Source of the DNA: Vicinamibacterales bacterium
Lineage (GTDB): Bacteria > Acidobacteriota > Vicinamibacteria > Vicinamibacterales > SCN-69-37
Assembly (NCBI GenBank): GCA_035550595.1
Contig: DASZOV010000138.1
Span: 245 to 64,244, forward strand
Direction of reading: 5' to 3'
DNA length: 64,000 nucleotides
Shown here: in pieces, positions 1-8,030 of the stretch
Layout of the letters: the number at the start of each line of letters is the position of its first letter
How positions within the stretch are numbered: the stretch's first letter is position 1
Made by a program: the position numbers and the translations under genes
The notes under the pieces: generated by a model
What the model saw: the letters and a program-made list of their open reading frames with translations, nothing else
Database searches by the model: none
Told to the model about the DNA's origin: nothing

Positions 1-894
1 CACAGCAAGCAGGACGCGCGCGATTTCGTCCTGTGGAAAGCGAGCAAGCCCGGCGAACCGTCGTGGGATCTGGGTATCGGACCGGGCCGGCCGGGCTGGC
101 ACATCGAGTGTTCAGCCATGGCGCTGCGGCTGCTCGGCGAGCCGCCGATCGACATCCACGGCGGCGGCATCGACCTCGTCTTCCCGCATCACGAGAACGA
201 ACTGGCGCAGGCCGAGGGCGCAACCGGCCGGCCGTTCGTCCGCTGGTGGGTCCACGTCGAGTTCCTCAACATCGACAACGAGAAGATGTCGAAGTCGGTC
301 GGCAACGTCTTCACCGTCCACGATATCGTCGCCAAGGGGTACCGCGCCTCGGCGCTGCGCTATCTCCTGATGTCGGTCCACTACCGCAAGTCGCTGACGT
401 TCAACTGGGAGATCCTCGAGCAGGCGGATGCCGCGCTCACGCGGTTGTCCGACTTCGTCGAGCGTGTCGACGCCGTGCCGGCCGGCGGCGAAGCGCACGC
501 GGCCGTGGCCGATCGGCTGGCGGCGGCCGAGGCGGACTTCCGTGATCGCATGACGAGCGATCTCAACGTGCCGGGCGCGCTCGGCGTGATCTTCGATCTC
601 GTGCGCGAGCTTCACGCCGCCATGGACCGGCACGAGGTGAGCGGCGCGGATGCGGCCGCCATTCGGCAGACGTTCGATCGGTTCGATCGCGTCCTCGGCG
701 TGCTCGCCTTGCGCCGGGCCGAAAACGAGACGCCGCCCTTGCCGGTCGCCGAGATCGACGCGCTCATCGAGGAACGCCGCGAGGCGCGTCGTGCGCGCGA
801 TTTCGCGCGGGCCGACGCGATCCGCCGCGAGCTCGACGAGCGCGGCATCGTGCTCGAGGACTCCGCCGCCGGCACGCGCTGGAAGCGGAAATAG
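1..894 (+). CDS. cysS: cysteine--tRNA ligase, C-terminal ~297 codons (5' end lies outside the window)
   Basis: Frame 1 is open from base 1 (HSKQDARDFVLWKASKPGEPSWDLGIGPGRPGWHIECSAM...). It has the class-I KMSKS loop (EKMSKSVGN) and a CysRS-type C-terminal helical domain. Stop at 892-894. Confidence 0.9.
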   Translation, partial: HSKQDARDFVLWKASKPGEPSWDLGIGPGRPGWHIECSAMALRLLGEPPIDIHGGGIDLVFPHHENELAQAEGATGRPFVRWWVHVEFLNIDNEKMSKSVGNVFTVHDIVAKGYRASALRYLLMSVHYRKSLTFNWEILEQADAALTRLSDFVERVDAVPAGGEAHAAVADRLAAAEADFRDRMTSDLNVPGALGVIFDLVRELHAAMDRHEVSGADAAAIRQTFDRFDRVLGVLALRRAENETPPLPVAEIDALIEERREARRARDFARADAIRRELDERGIVLEDSAAGTRWKRK

Positions 895-924
895 CTGTCC
901 GGCCGCGCGTCGACTCGTCGCGTT

Positions 925-1725
925 CTACCGCAGCGCCTGTTCCACGGCCGCCTTGGCGAGCGGCGCCATGATGGCGAAGCCTGCCGCCGTCGGGTGCAGA
1001 TCGTCGGCACTGAGATCCGCGCGCAGGAGCCCCTGGTCGTCGACCATCGCCGAGAAGTAGTCGAGATACACGTGGTGGTGCGCGGCCGCGTACTGCTTCA
1101 TCCAGTCATTGATCGCGTGAATGCGCGCCATCGGCCGCTGCGACGTCTGCGGCGCCGCGGTCGCGTTCGTGTGGTACGCGGCCACGGGCGTGAGGCTCGA
1201 CAGCACGACCTTGATGCCCGCCGCATCGGCCAGTTCCGCCATCGACTGGAGATTGCCTTCGATCTCCTCGTCGGTCATCGGCCCCGTGTTGCCCGCGATG
1301 TCATTCGTGCCTCCGAGAATGACGACGACTTTGGGGTGCAGGTTGATGACGTCGGCACGGAACCGCAGGAGCATCTGCGGCGTCGTCTGGCCGCCGATGC
1401 CGCGATCGACGTAGGCCGGGTTCTCGAAGAAGTCGCCGAAGCGTGGCTGCTGCCAGATGTCGGTGATCGAGTCGCCCATGAACACGGCTGTCGGCTGCGA
1501 GACGCTGTGGTTCGCCTCGCGATAGCGTGTGAGATTCGGCCAGTCGCGCAGTCGTGCATCGTTGGCCGCGAGGGTCCGCACCGTCGACGCCAATGCCGTG
1601 CAGTCAGTCAGTGCCGGCGGCAGCGGCTGGACTTGTCCCCGCCCGCCCTGCGCTGAAACCGCTCCGGCCAGCACTGCCATCGCTGCAATCACCACTACGC
1701 CGCCGACCATCCTTCTGACGCCCAT
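925..1725 (-). CDS. secreted SGNH/GDSL-family hydrolase
   Basis: N-terminal signal peptide (VVVIAAMAVLAGAVSAQ). SGNH blocks FMGDSITD, GIGGQT, LGGTNDI and DDLHPT are present. Confidence 0.8.
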   Translation of the reverse strand: MGVRRMVGGVVVIAAMAVLAGAVSAQGGRGQVQPLPPALTDCTALASTVRTLAANDARLRDWPNLTRYREANHSVSQPTAVFMGDSITDIWQQPRFGDFFENPAYVDRGIGGQTTPQMLLRFRADVINLHPKVVVILGGTNDIAGNTGPMTDEEIEGNLQSMAELADAAGIKVVLSSLTPVAAYHTNATAAPQTSQRPMARIHAINDWMKQYAAAHHHVYLDYFSAMVDDQGLLRADLSADDLHPTAAGFAIMAPLAKAAVEQALR

Positions 1726-1744
1726 GAGAGCCTCCTGTCGGACG

Positions 1745-2005
1745 AGATAGTACTGGTGAACGGCAAACTTTGAACTGTGAACTTCGAACGTCGAACTGGG
1801 GGCGAACCGAACCTGGAACCCGCGCGCCCGAAGGGCCGCGCGGCGAACCCGGAACCCCGAACCTGGAACCCGCGCCCGTCCGCAGGCTCGCGCGGCGAAC
1901 CTGGAACCCCCGGCGCCGCCAAAGGCGCGCCGAGAACCCGGAACCCGCCGTGTCGAACGTGAAACCCCGAAACCAGGAACCCGGAACCGGAACGTTTCTT
2001 AGTAC
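1745..2005. repeat. low-complexity GAAC/GGAACC repeat block in a divergent intergenic region, including two ~50-bp tandem units (1808-1857, 1858-1909)
   Basis: At least 8 GGAACC/GAACC words lie within ~190 bp. Unit CGAACCTGGAACCCGCGC...GCGCGGCGAACC(C/T)GGAACCC is repeated in tandem. The 5' part (GGCAAACTTTGAACTGTGAACTTCGAACGTCGAACT) resembles the reverse complement of 38187-38222. Confidence 0.6.
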
Positions 2006-2014
2006 ACTATTCCG

Positions 2015-3454
2015 GTGACCCATTCCGATCGACTCCGTCTCGCCGTCTTCATCGACTTCGACAACATTGAAATCGGCGTCAAGAACACCCTTGGCACCTC
2101 CTTCGACGCCGGCCTCGTGCTCGAAGCCCTCAAGGAGCGCGGCGAGGTCGTGTCCAAGACCGCCTACAGCGACTGGCAGCGCGCCGGCGGCTACAGTCGC
2201 GCGCTCACCCAGCACGCGATCAAGATGGTCCAGCGCAACCTGACGCCCGGCGGCGACAAGAATGGCGCGGACATCAACCTGGCCCTCGACGCGCTCGAGA
2301 TGGCCTTCACCCATTCCCACATCAACGCTTTCGTCATCGTCGGCGGCGACAGCGACTTCATCAGCCTGGTCGAGAAGCTCAAGCAGTACGACAAGAAAGT
2401 GTTCATCGTCGGCGGCCGCCAGTTCACGAGCGGCATCCTGCAGCGCAACTGCCACGAGTTCATCGCCTACGAGAACCTGGCCGGCGCGGGGGCGAGCAGC
2501 CGGCGGCACGTCGGCCGCGAGGCGCCGAGCGCGCGCGCGTCCGCGTCGATCGAGCAGGCGATTCCGCTCGTCGATCGCGCCTTGAAGGTGCTGCTCGAAC
2601 GCGACGTCTCGCCGCAGCTCGGGCTGCTCAAGAGCACGCTCCTGCAGCTCGACTCGACGTTCTCGGAACGCAGCTTCGGCGCGGGATCGTTCCGCGACTT
2701 CGCGCAGAAGCTCGAGAAAGCCGGCGTCATCCGCGTGCATCAGGGGAAGGGCGGATGGCTCGTCGGACCGCCTGACGGCCAGCCGGCGGTCGGCGAACGC
2801 GCCTCGCGCGGACAGGCCGAGGACACCGCGGAGCGGCAGCATGCGCCGGCCGACGAGTCGCCCGTCGCGCCGCGCGATGACCGTGGGCGTCACCGGGCGC
2901 CGGACGTCGTCGAGCCGGCGGGCGGCGTGGCCGAAGGGCTGGCCGAGTTCCGGCGAATCCTCGGTGCGGCGGTCATCCGGCGATGGCCGATGTATCTGCG
3001 CAACGTCAAACAGGTGCTGCGCCAGGCCGCGCCGCCGTTCGACGAACGCGCGTACGGCTTTGGCAGCCTGGTCGATCTGCTGCGCGCGGCGCAGAAGGAA
3101 GGCCTCGTCCGCGTCGACCGCGATCGCCAGGGCGTGATTCGCGTCTTCCAAGGCACCGCGATGCCGGCCTCGACGCCGGTCATCGAAGGATTGCCGCGCG
3201 ACGAAGAGCTGGATGAAGAGACGGCCGCGGCTGAGAGGTTGGCGGCTGGGGACACCGTGCCCGAAGCAGCGACCGCGCTGGAGGTCGACGTCGAGTCGAC
3301 GCCAGCGCCGGCGGAAGAAGACGTCGAGTCAGCGGATGCCGGCGAGGCAGCACTCTCGCGCAAGCGTCCCGCACGGCGGCGGAAGACGGCCACGGCCAAG
3401 CCTGCGGCTGCCGCGGCACCGCGTGCGCCACGCGCGCGCCGCGCGCGGCGCTGA
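2015..3454 (+). CDS. NYN (LabA-like) ribonuclease-domain protein with two OST-HTH/LOTUS domains and an Arg-rich tail
   Basis: GTG start. NYN core: FIDFDNIEIG...GADINLALDA...VIVGGDSDFISLVEKLKQYDKKVFIVG. Two LOTUS-like segments (…LLKSTLLQLDSTFSERSFGAGSFRDFAQKLEKAGVIRV; …YLRNVKQVLRQAAPPFDERAYGFGSLVDLLRAAQKEGLVRV). C-terminal RKRPARRRK...RAPRARRARR. Confidence 0.8.
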   Translation: MTHSDRLRLAVFIDFDNIEIGVKNTLGTSFDAGLVLEALKERGEVVSKTAYSDWQRAGGYSRALTQHAIKMVQRNLTPGGDKNGADINLALDALEMAFTHSHINAFVIVGGDSDFISLVEKLKQYDKKVFIVGGRQFTSGILQRNCHEFIAYENLAGAGASSRRHVGREAPSARASASIEQAIPLVDRALKVLLERDVSPQLGLLKSTLLQLDSTFSERSFGAGSFRDFAQKLEKAGVIRVHQGKGGWLVGPPDGQPAVGERASRGQAEDTAERQHAPADESPVAPRDDRGRHRAPDVVEPAGGVAEGLAEFRRILGAAVIRRWPMYLRNVKQVLRQAAPPFDERAYGFGSLVDLLRAAQKEGLVRVDRDRQGVIRVFQGTAMPASTPVIEGLPRDEELDEETAAAERLAAGDTVPEAATALEVDVESTPAPAEEDVESADAGEAALSRKRPARRRKTATAKPAAAAAPRAPRARRARR

Positions 3455-3590
3455 TCACGCGCGTGTTCGACGACCGGTTGAACGCAGAAGCGGAGCCGAA
3501 GTCGAGCACGCACGCCCGTGGCGGAGCGAGGACACTTCTGGCTTCGAACTTCTGACTTGATCCGGCACGTGTCCTTCCGGAGGTGACGCC

Positions 3591-4670
3591 ATGACTCGCC
3601 GCGCCGCGTTCCTCGTGCTCGCCTCGTTCGTGCTCGTCGCGTCGCGTCCCGATGCGCAGACCCGTCGTCAGCCGGCTCCGTCCGTGTCGATTGGGAGCTT
3701 GCCGGCGTCATTCGCCGGCACGCTGCCGTGCGCGGATTGTCCCGGCATCCGCGATCAGATCAATCTCCTGCCGGACCACGCGTTCGCCGAACGGCTGACC
3801 TATCTCGATCGCAGTGTCACGCCCGTCGATCGCGTCGGAACGTGGGTGCTGTCCTCCGACCGCCGTGTCATCGCGCTCCTCGCGAGCGGCGCGGAGCGGC
3901 CCGTGCTCTTTTCCATCCGCGACAGCCTGACGTTACGCGCGCTCGATGCCGATGGGCGCGAGTGGCCGGCTTCGCTTCCACGCGACCTCCGACGCGTGCG
4001 CGCCTTCCAGCCGCTCGATCAGCGGGTGACCGTGCGCGGCCTGTACACGTTCGAGAACCAGCAGGGCCGGCTGGCCGAGTGCGCGACGGGCGAGCGGTGG
4101 ACGATTACCGCGACGGGCGCCGCTGACGAGCTGCGCACGAAGGCCGGCGGCGGGAGCGCGCGAAGTCAGCGGCCCGCTCCCGTGCTCGTGACGCTCGATG
4201 GACGCGTCACGATGGGCGGCCCGCGATCGGACGTGCCGCCGATGTTCGCCGTCCAACGCGTCGCCGACGTCCAGCCCGGCGGCGCGTGCGCGCCGCGCTT
4301 TGCCGCCGCGCCGCTCGGCGGCACCGAATGGCGGCTCGTGCGCCTGAACGGGACCGACGTTCCATCGTCATCCGACGCGCGGCGTCAACCCGGGTTGACG
4401 TTTCTCGCCGACACGCAGACGTTCGCCGGGTCGAGCGGCTGCAACCACGTGACCGGCCGTTACGACATCACGAACGGCGAGAACCTCAGACTCACGGCGG
4501 CGGCCGGCACGCTCATGGCGTGTATGGACGCCCCGAACGCCGAGCTCGAATCCGCCTTCCGTGCCGCGCTCGGCAAGGTGCGAACGTTCCGCGTCGTCGG
4601 CCGCTGGCTCGATCTGTTCGACGAAACCGGTCAGCCGATCGCGCGGTTCGAAGCGCCCGAGCCGCGATAG
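3591..4670 (+). CDS. secreted protein with an NlpE-N-like CxxC region and a C-terminal META (HslJ-like) domain
   Basis: GGAGG lies 7 nt upstream of the ATG. Signal peptide present. LPCADCPGIRDQINLLPD motif. C-terminal GTEWRLVRLNG...FAGSSGCNHVTGRYD...GTLMACMD is typical of META domains. Confidence 0.7.
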   Translation: MTRRAAFLVLASFVLVASRPDAQTRRQPAPSVSIGSLPASFAGTLPCADCPGIRDQINLLPDHAFAERLTYLDRSVTPVDRVGTWVLSSDRRVIALLASGAERPVLFSIRDSLTLRALDADGREWPASLPRDLRRVRAFQPLDQRVTVRGLYTFENQQGRLAECATGERWTITATGAADELRTKAGGGSARSQRPAPVLVTLDGRVTMGGPRSDVPPMFAVQRVADVQPGGACAPRFAAAPLGGTEWRLVRLNGTDVPSSSDARRQPGLTFLADTQTFAGSSGCNHVTGRYDITNGENLRLTAAAGTLMACMDAPNAELESAFRAALGKVRTFRVVGRWLDLFDETGQPIARFEAPEPR

Positions 4671-4776
4671 CGCACGAGGCGGACGCGGCTCGTCCGGAGA
4701 CTCGCCGTTCGCACCGGCAATCGACATCCCGGCTGTCCTGCGCTCACCTGGCATCCTGCTTGCTCAGGTCGGGTGC

Positions 4777-5157
4777 GTGCCCGCGACCGGATCGCGTCAG
4801 CTCACTGGCCAATGGGGCGAGGATCTCGCCTGCGCGGAACTCTCGCGTCGCGGGTACGCCATTCTTGCGCGCCGCTACCGCACACGCTTCGGTGAGATCG
4901 ACGTCGTGGCGGAGCAGCGTGGCGTCGTGGTGTTCGTCGAGGTGAAGGCGCGGCGGACGAACCGGTTCGGCGCGGCCGCCGACTCGATTCCGTTCTGGAA
5001 GCGGCGGCGCATCGCGGCGATGGCGCTCGACTACCTGGCCTGGACGGGCCGGCTCGACGTCCGCTGCCGCTTCGACGTCGTGGCCATCGACGGCATCGGC
5101 ACTAGGCGCATGACCGTCCGCGTCATCGAAGGCGCGTTCGGCGGAGCGGGTGAGTGA
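4777..5157 (+). CDS. yraN: YraN-family (UPF0102) endonuclease-like protein; start uncertain (GTG 4777 chosen)
   Basis: GEDLACAELSRRGYAILARRYRTRFGEIDVVAE...VVFVEVKARR...RCRFDVVAI matches the YraN/PD-(D/E)XK pattern. The longer ORF from 4561 is Arg-rich and overlaps the upstream gene. Confidence 0.7.
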   Translation: MPATGSRQLTGQWGEDLACAELSRRGYAILARRYRTRFGEIDVVAEQRGVVVFVEVKARRTNRFGAAADSIPFWKRRRIAAMALDYLAWTGRLDVRCRFDVVAIDGIGTRRMTVRVIEGAFGGAGE

Positions 5158-5351
5158 CGCCGCGAGCGCGCGAGATGCTCGGCGAGTTCTTCCGCGAGGC
5201 GGCGGTGCTCGTGCTCGTCTTCGTGCCCCTCGACGCGTTCATGACCGCGCAGTTGACAGCCTGGAGGCTTGTCGCTACCGTCGTCACGAGCGGAGGATTT
5301 CTGCTATGGGGAATGTTTCTGGATCCTGGGCGGACCTCGAACGGGCATTGA
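5154..5351 (+). CDS. hypothetical small membrane protein (65 aa), GTGA-overlapped with the yraN stop
   Basis: Two hydrophobic segments (AAVLVLVFVPLDAF; LVATVVTSGGFLLWGMFL). A further 30-aa hydrophobic ORF (5351-5443, MFVSPGLVLMAISMVYVLIF...) starts at the TGATG overlap. Confidence 0.3.
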   Translation: MTPRAREMLGEFFREAAVLVLVFVPLDAFMTAQLTAWRLVATVVTSGGFLLWGMFLDPGRTSNGH

Positions 5352-5546
5352 TGTTCGTGTCGCCGGGCCTCGTCCTGATGGCGATCTCCATGGTGTACGT
5401 GCTGATCTTCGATCGCGACCGTTCGCGTCGTCGTGAACGGTGAACGCGTGGGCGTGCTCTGTGCGATCGCGTCTCGCGACGGCGCGCGGCGCCTGCGCGG
5501 TTGCTCGCCGGCGGGCATCTCCTGTAGACTCATGTGTCTGGCAGGG

Positions 5547-5621
5547 GCGGGAATAACTCAGTGGTAGAGTGCGACCTTGCCAAGGTCGAAGTCGCGGGTT
5601 CGAATCCCGTTTCCCGCTCCA
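5547..5621 (+). tRNA. tRNA-Gly (anticodon GCC), CCA encoded
   Basis: Manual cloverleaf: acceptor GCGGGAA/TTCCCGC, D stem ACTC/GAGT, anticodon stem CGACC/GGTCG with loop TTGCCAA, T arm GCGGG-TTCGAAT-CCCGT. Confidence 0.9.
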
Positions 5622-5702
5622 ATCTTGACCGCCGGAGCCTGCGGCGGGCCACAAGGCCCTGACGCGATCGCCGGGCCGGGTCCCCTCAGAATTCTCCCCC
5701 AG

Positions 5703-5776
5703 GGCGCCGTCGCCAAGCGGTAAGGCAGAGGTCTGCAAAACCTCCATCCCCGGTTCAATTCCGGGCGGCGCCTCCA
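5703..5776 (+). tRNA. tRNA-Cys (anticodon GCA), CCA encoded
   Basis: Acceptor GGCGCCG/CGGCGCC, anticodon stem GAGGT/ACCTC with loop CTGCAAA, T arm CCCGG-TTCAATT-CCGGG. Followed by CTTTTT. Confidence 0.9.
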
Positions 5777-6093
5777 CTTTTTCCCAGCAAAAAAGCAAAG
5801 TCTGATCGGCGCGCGATTGTCCGTGCAGGCCAACCGTCGCCGAACCGTAACCATGCCGCCGGCCGTCACTGTCCAGGGCGCGGCGAGGGGTGTGCCGGGC
5901 TGTCCTTCACCGAATTCGATTTCATGGGAGTGCTACCGAGCGGGTCGTGTGCCATGATGCGTCCCAGCATCCTCTACCCGCCTTGCCGATGTAAATTGCC
6001 GACGCACGGGCCGTTCGGATCGCGGTAGTCACCGCTTCGTCTGCGCAGGACATGAGTATCGACGTTCGGGCGACGGGGCGCCTCCGGCGAGAG

Positions 6094-6546
6094 TCAACGT
6101 GCCGACAGGCGGACCGCGATCTTGGACGACGCCAACCAGCGCCTCAGGTGGCCGGCGATATCCAGGGCAATTCGGTCGAACGCACGCTGCTGCTCGCCCT
6201 CGCTGCCGTCCACGGCGGCCGGGTCTGGAAAGCTCCAGTGAAGGCGCGCCGGGCCGCCTGGGAACACCGGACACGATTCGGCGGCGTGGTCGCACACGGT
6301 GATGACGTAGTCGAAATGCTGACCGATGTAGCGGTCGAGCGTCTTCGGGAACAGGTCGTCACTGCCGATGTTGAACTGGCGCGCGAGCGCGAGTTTTGCC
6401 ATCGGGTGGACTTCCGGTCGCGGATGCGTGCCCGCACTGTGCGATTCGGCACGGCCATTCGAGAGATGACGAAGGAGGGCTTCGGCCATCTGCGAACGAG
6501 CCGAGTTGCCGGTGCAAAGGAACAGGACGCGCAGCGGTGAACTCAT
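6094..6546 (-). CDS. arsC: arsenate reductase, LMW-PTP/thioredoxin-coupled type
   Basis: MSSPLRVLFLCTGNSARSQMAEALL carries the CX5R P-loop, and the downstream VITVCDHAAESCP carries the Cys pair. Its ATG (6546-6544) overlaps the TGA of the upstream MIP gene (ATGA). Confidence 0.85.
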   Translation of the reverse strand: MSSPLRVLFLCTGNSARSQMAEALLRHLSNGRAESHSAGTHPRPEVHPMAKLALARQFNIGSDDLFPKTLDRYIGQHFDYVITVCDHAAESCPVFPGGPARLHWSFPDPAAVDGSEGEQQRAFDRIALDIAGHLRRWLASSKIAVRLSAR

Positions 6547-7220
6547 CGGGCCGTCTCCGGGTCTGATGTGAGCAACCAGTGCAAGACGAGGACAGCCGCA
6601 CCCGCGCCGACAGACTGCCCGAGCAGGAACGACGGCACGTCGGCCGGCCGAATGCCGGCGAACGTGTGGGTCGCCGCCCGCGCCAGCGTGACGGCCGGAT
6701 TGGCGAACGACGTGGAACTGGTGAACCAATACGCGCCCGCGATGAACGCGCCGACCGCGATGGCCGTGTGTGACGAACGAGCCGCCGCCGATAGACCGAT
6801 GATGAGCAGTAACCCGAACGTGGCCACGGCTTCGGCAACCGTCTGGGCTGCGCCTGACCGGGTGTGATCGGACCAGGCGAACACCGGCTCGCCGAACATG
6901 AGATGCGCGACCGCGACGCCGACGAAGGCGCCGACGAACTGCGCGGTGACGTAGGGCCACACGTCCGCCGCCGGCAATTTGCCGCGTAGCCGCATGAGCA
7001 TCGTGACCCACGGATTGAAGTGCGCGCCGCTGATAGGGCCGACCGCAAGGATCAAGGCGGCCAGCGTCGTGGCCGTCGCCATCGTGTTCGCCAGGAGCGC
7101 GAGTGCGGCGTCGCCGGCGGCGAGGTGGTCGGCCATGATGCCCGAGCCGACAATCGCCGTCAGCAACAGGCTCGTGCCGAGGGCTTCGGCGACGGCGCGA
7201 CGACCGATGCTCAGCAGCAT
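6543..7220 (-). CDS. MIP-family channel (aquaglyceroporin-like, probable arsenite channel)
   Basis: GAHFNPWVT and FANPAVTLAR (NPx boxes), six hydrophobic segments, and an N-terminus MLLSIGRRAVAEALGTSLLL typical of MIP starts. Start taken at ATG 7220, not at the ORF-track 7505. Confidence 0.8.
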   Translation of the reverse strand: MLLSIGRRAVAEALGTSLLLTAIVGSGIMADHLAAGDAALALLANTMATATTLAALILAVGPISGAHFNPWVTMLMRLRGKLPAADVWPYVTAQFVGAFVGVAVAHLMFGEPVFAWSDHTRSGAAQTVAEAVATFGLLLIIGLSAAARSSHTAIAVGAFIAGAYWFTSSTSFANPAVTLARAATHTFAGIRPADVPSFLLGQSVGAGAAVLVLHWLLTSDPETAR

Positions 7221-7315
7221 CCCGAATCGCAACGGCAGCAGCCAGGCCTGCCACAGCAGATGTCGACGCTTCCGCGCGCCACGCGAACGGTCTTCTTCGA
7301 ATTGGCCTGGCTCAT
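7211..7315 (-). CDS. candidate 34-aa cysteine-rich micro-ORF (MSQANSKKTVRVARGSVDICCGRPGCCRCDSGCC), first cistron of the ars operon
   Basis: ATG 7315-7313 is preceded by GGAGG (7326-7322) at 6-nt spacing. 7 of the last 15 residues are Cys. The stop at 7213-7211 overlaps the MIP ATG by 10 nt. It is below the ORF-track length cutoff. Confidence 0.4.
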   Translation of the reverse strand: MSQANSKKTVRVARGSVDICCGRPGCCRCDSGCC

Positions 7316-7329
7316 GGGGCACCTCCGTT

Positions 7330-7349
7330 ATATCTGCCTTTGCAGATAT
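7330..7349. promoter_or_regulatory. perfect inverted repeat ATATCTGC-N4-GCAGATAT, candidate ArsR operator
   Basis: Located in the 76-bp arsR / ars-operon divergent intergenic region, 4 nt upstream of the minus-strand SD. Confidence 0.5.
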
Positions 7350-7354
7350 GGACA

Positions 7355-7384
7355 ACGATACGGGCCGTAGTCTATATTTGTCAA
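7355..7384 (-). promoter_or_regulatory. candidate sigma70-type promoter of the minus-strand ars operon (TTGACA-N18-TATCGT), overlapping a possible arsR -10 (TATATT, 7373-7378, + strand)
   Basis: Hexamers read on the minus strand: -35 at 7384-7379, -10 at 7360-7355. The predicted start falls at the edge of the 7330-7349 palindrome. Confidence 0.35.
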
Positions 7385-7391
7385 GGCGCAT

Positions 7392-7781
7392 ATGAGTCGC
7401 GAGCTTCAGACGGTTGAGCAGGTGTTCAAGGCACTCGCCGACCCGACACGCATCCGCATCATTGGGTTGCTGCTGAGCGGCGAGGTCTGCGTGTGCCACA
7501 TCCACGAGAGCTTGGATATTCCGCAGTCCAAGGCGTCACGGCATCTCGCCTATTTGCGGCGAACCGGGATGGTCGCAGCCGAGAAGCGCGGATTGTGGGT
7601 CCACTACCGCATGGCCGACATGCCGTCCGGTGTGGCGCAGACGCTGGTCGAAGCCGTGAAGCACTGCATCGGACATCTGCCGGAGGTGCGGAAGGACGGC
7701 GCGCGGCTCGAGAAGCGAACGGGATGCGGCGTGCCGTTACCGGGGGCCGTGATGCTGGACTGCTGCGCGCCGAAACGGTAG
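7392..7781 (+). CDS. arsR: ArsR/SmtB-family metalloregulator
   Basis: FKALADPTRIRIIGLLLSGEVCVCHIHESLDIPQSKASRHLAYLRRTGMV is a wHTH with a CVC motif. Extra C-terminal cysteines (GCG...DCC). Confidence 0.85.
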   Translation: MSRELQTVEQVFKALADPTRIRIIGLLLSGEVCVCHIHESLDIPQSKASRHLAYLRRTGMVAAEKRGLWVHYRMADMPSGVAQTLVEAVKHCIGHLPEVRKDGARLEKRTGCGVPLPGAVMLDCCAPKR

Positions 7782-8030
7782 GGGGCCGCGGTTCTTGACG
7801 GCCGCGCCGACGTGCGCGGACGACCGCCGCGTCGGTTCATTTCCGCGGCACGCCCACTATGACGGCGCGTGCGGTTGCCGGGCAGCCCGTCGGTCCCGTG
7901 TTGGCCGTACGCGTCTCGGAAATCTCCACGCTCCGGTCGGGATTTTTCCTAGCGGCGACGTTCGCCGCAGGAAACGTGCGTGCAGGACATCCGGCACGAC
8001 GTGTGCAGTGGATGCGGGCGAGAGAACGCT

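Noticed and set aside
1770-2018. Pro/Arg/Glu-rich ORFs (61-82 aa) in the GGAACC repeat block.
   Set aside because: Their periodic composition mirrors the DNA repeat. They have no RBS and overlap each other in different frames.
6094-7254. A single 386-aa ORF fusing arsC to an upstream Arg/His-rich region, and the 320-aa version of the MIP ORF (to 7505).
   Set aside because: The arsC domain starts at ATG 6546 with the CX5R loop near the N-terminus. The extension is an out-of-frame shadow of the MIP gene. The MIP extension to 7505 would run through the operator and promoter and into arsR.
5703-7781. The ars cluster as a genomic islet integrated at tRNA-Cys.
   Set aside because: No integrase was seen, no direct repeat of the tRNA 3' end is visible downstream, and there is no obvious compositional break. 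Adjacency alone is not evidence.
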